Source: Raillietiella orientalis
Taxonomy: Eukaryota
Direction of reading: 5' to 3'
Assembly (NCBI GenBank): GCA_036172245.1
Contig: JAYWIR010000018.1
Location: 3,162,001-3,226,000, forward strand
DNA: 64,000 bases
Shown piece by piece: positions 61,673 to 64,000 of the stretch (its first letter is position 1; every line of letters starts with the position of its first letter). Below the pieces are notes generated by a model, which made no database searches, was not told where the DNA came from, and saw only the letters and a program-made list of their open reading frames with translations. Both the position numbers and the translations under genes were made by a program.

Positions 61673-62019
61673 GTAGGCGAAGAGACCCACCTCCTTTCCG
61701 AACCGACCTTTACCGAGTTTGTTGCAAGCCTTCCTTGGCAACACGTTCTCACCCGATGGGTTCTTGTTGGTAAGGAAAAATTGGCAGTGGTCACGTTGTG
61801 AGTCTCCAAGCACTGGAGATCGGAATTGTAGAATTTTCTTAAAATGTTCGCTAACGCACAGAGAAATGTGAGGGAGGAGATTTTTTCTGCAGCTACCACC
61901 CCTTCCCTCGCTCAGCCCGTTTTGTCACGGTTCAGTCCTAGGTTTGCGACGGGCGCCGAAGAGTACAGGATGGAGTGGGATGACGCTCTTTGTCGGTGGT
62001 GAGAGCTTTGCTGCGAGGG

Positions 62020-62120
62020 TTCATAGCCAGGATTCGAACCGTCAACCTTCCTTTCGGCATCGAGAAAGTTCCCCTCTCTGGTGCCGAGACGGCTTGCAAG
62101 AGCCATCACGCCACTCAAAG
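62020..62120 (-). mobile_element. tRNA-derived SINE-like head (A and B boxes)
   Basis: Minus strand has A-box TGGCGTGATGG (62103-62113) and B-box GGTTCGAATCC (62030-62040), with a long hairpin TCGGCA...TGCCGA between them. Not a canonical cloverleaf. Confidence 0.5.
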
Positions 62121-62239
62121 ACGAAACATCGTTGAGGGAGATCCTTAGGCCGGACGGTTCACCGACGCGATTCGGACCCACGACCTTCGCCCCCGTGCCA
62201 ATTCCGCTGGGTTCCAGTTTCGCCGATGCTTGCCGCCTA

Positions 62240-63140
62240 GGCGTATTGTCCTCCGGTGCTTCGGCTGCAAGGGTGATTCCGAGGTATCCAGCAGAGGGAA
62301 CGTCTGCTGTGCTGGATGTTGGGAGCCTCATCCGTCTTGCTCAGCAAGAAGGATTGCTTCCATCTCGTGCAGGCCATCGTGGTCCTTGGGATCTCTGAAT
62401 CCTGATGACCTGACGATGATCGAGAGAGGGCACTGAGGCACTGTGCCGCCTCTTGGGTTGTTGGAAGCGGAAACAGTGTGGTTGCAGCATTTTCCTTCTT
62501 TCTTTCCTTCTGCATGCTTTAGAGAATCCTGACACCATTGCCACCAAAGTCATCGACTCCGCAATAGCTATCGGCGTCATTATGGCCAAGAATGATTGCA
62601 GAACTGACAGTGCCGCCTCAGTGTGTCCAAAATAGTCGAGGCGAAAGCTTTGTCACACATAACCACGATACCACGACCTTCCGCTCGGCACCAGAAGCGA
62701 AAGATAAGCAGACTTTCCACTGTGTCAAGTCTGTTTCCTTGCCCTAAGGTTATTGGTCTTTTTTTGCCGACCTGACTATCTGGAATCGAAGAATACCGAG
62801 GGTGTCGTGGCCGTTGAGTCGAGTGTGTGTTCCAGCTTTGCCAGATGTTGTGTTCTGAGGCTCGTCTCCTCTCAGAAGGACCGTGTGGAATAACCTCGGA
62901 CACTGCATGGCGGACAGCCGAAACAGTGCATAGAACTGGGTTGCCAGGATGAAGCGCTGAGCGACTCAGAGGAAAGTTGAGAGCCCGAGTATTCCGAAGA
63001 GACTCTTTTCCACGGTGAACTGCCTTAGGACCTGCCTGCCCTATGCCCTGCCTCGCTTCGCCGCCCAATCCTCTCCGAGGCGGGCCGCTCAGCCGGTATT
63101 TTTTAGATCGTATTGTCGGGTGCCATGCTGGTCGCACACT
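62240..63140 (-). mobile_element. Decayed L1/Tx1-clade RT, intronic
   Basis: ORF 62580..63137 has NTRALNF...VRHAVSEVIPHG...EHNI (like NwRpi.l...rl..v...ii..dQ.....dNi) and LGQGNRLDTVES (like lD..KAfD.Ve). Confidence 0.52.
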
Positions 63141-63933
63141 CTGATGTCACGATGTTCCGTGCGTGTTCACAGAGAGTGCTTCCCCGACCTTTTTTGCGAA
63201 CACTCTCCTTTGGGAGCAGCGACACCCGCACCTCAGCATCGTCGAGGAAAGGCATGGGGCACCAGATGGACGCTTCTGGTGTTCTGGTGCCAGCTACCTC
63301 TCGCCGCAGAGGGACGCTCGAGAGACGCGCCGGCTTCAATTCACTTACCCTCCATTTTTAGATCGCATGGTTGGGCGCCATGCTGATCTCGCACGTTCAA
63401 GGAGGAGCGGCGAAGGAAGAACAGGATCAACTGATCTTTCAGGGGAGCTCAGGCATAGGTCTGAGCATCAGCGGTAGGCTCCCCAAGATCTTGGGATCAG
63501 AAGCGCGTCGTGAAGTCCCGCAGAATGAGGCATCCCTCCCTCACAGGTGTGCAGACTTCACGAAAGCTCATGATTCAGCATTCCAACATGCGGCTCAGCA
63601 GGGTCGCTTACTAAACACACAATCCGGGTGGCTGTACGGCTGCAGCAAGCTGTTCCCACAACAGTCGAGGATTTGGTGCCGCTCTTCCGCACCAGGATAG
63701 TCGGCTTGGAGATGCTGGAAGACGAAACATTTGCGATGAGCAACTGCAGAACTTTTGAAGAAATGCGACGCAACCCGGCTGCGTTTCATCCCAGACTGAT
63801 TGTGTGGTTTCGTATCGCCATTTTAAATTCGGCAGGCGGGTTGTCATGAGCGCCGGAGACGAGCGAAGGGCAGGTCGCTTCTGAAGGAGATCCTAGAGGG
63901 ATCTAGCTCACAACGGAAGTGGTTGCTTGGGAG

Positions 63934-63993
63934 GTAAAACCGCGTTTTTGCGGTTTACACCGGAAAAAACGCGGTTTTACACCCGGCATCACT
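63934..63993. repeat. Palindrome, probable MITE/hAT terminus
   Basis: GTAAAACCGCGTTTTT (63934-63949) pairs with AAAAACGCGGTTTTAC (63965-63980), with an inner CGGT/ACCG stem, followed by CCCGGCATCACT. Confidence 0.6.
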
Positions 63994-64000
63994 CTTTGTT

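Noticed and set aside
61832..61842. Terminal calmodulin-like exon after TGTAG at 61831
   Set aside because: It would give E-F-S-stop and truncate the last helix, and there is no polypyrimidine tract. The true last exon is probably beyond 64000.
1..64000. CRISPR array or prokaryotic defence/operon system
   Set aside because: No regularly spaced repeats and no dense intact ORFs. A spliceosomal gene and eukaryotic TEs show the DNA is eukaryotic.

Overview
Eukaryotic genomic DNA, most likely from an invertebrate and probably an arthropod; that placement is inferred from the calmodulin-like gene, the 28S relic and the transposon spectrum, and the species cannot be fixed. No prokaryotic operons and no CRISPR array are present. 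Almost none of the listed six-frame ORFs are real genes. About 48 kb is an end-to-end mosaic of short, heavily decayed fragments from roughly 15-20 transposon lineages: LINEs of several clades, BEL/Pao, Gypsy, DIRS-like, Crypton, Penelope, Helitron/Helentron, three hAT families, MULE, pogo, P/THAP, Harbinger and possibly KDZ/Zisupton. These are recognisable only from remembered protein motifs read across frameshifts, so their boundaries are approximate and each call needs an HMM search. The firm features are: (1) a spliced calmodulin-like gene on the + strand, exons 53232-53367, 55104-55239 and 61524-61672, with an inactivated-looking EF-hand 2 and a last exon probably beyond the window; (2) a 28S rRNA pseudogene fragment (about 16285-17548) split by a 501-bp hAT MITE; (3) four copies of a ~670-bp tRNA-headed, UUCG-hairpin-rich SINE-like element; (4) a near-identical 1.2-kb inverted duplication (29371-30572 / 46234-47435) that appears to have started inside two of those SINE copies; (5) a ~320-350-bp direct repeat bracketing the first calmodulin-like exons. 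The best candidates for something undescribed are the structured SINE-like RNA family and an apparent AT-to-GC drift of dead sequence. No intact novel multi-gene system could be supported.
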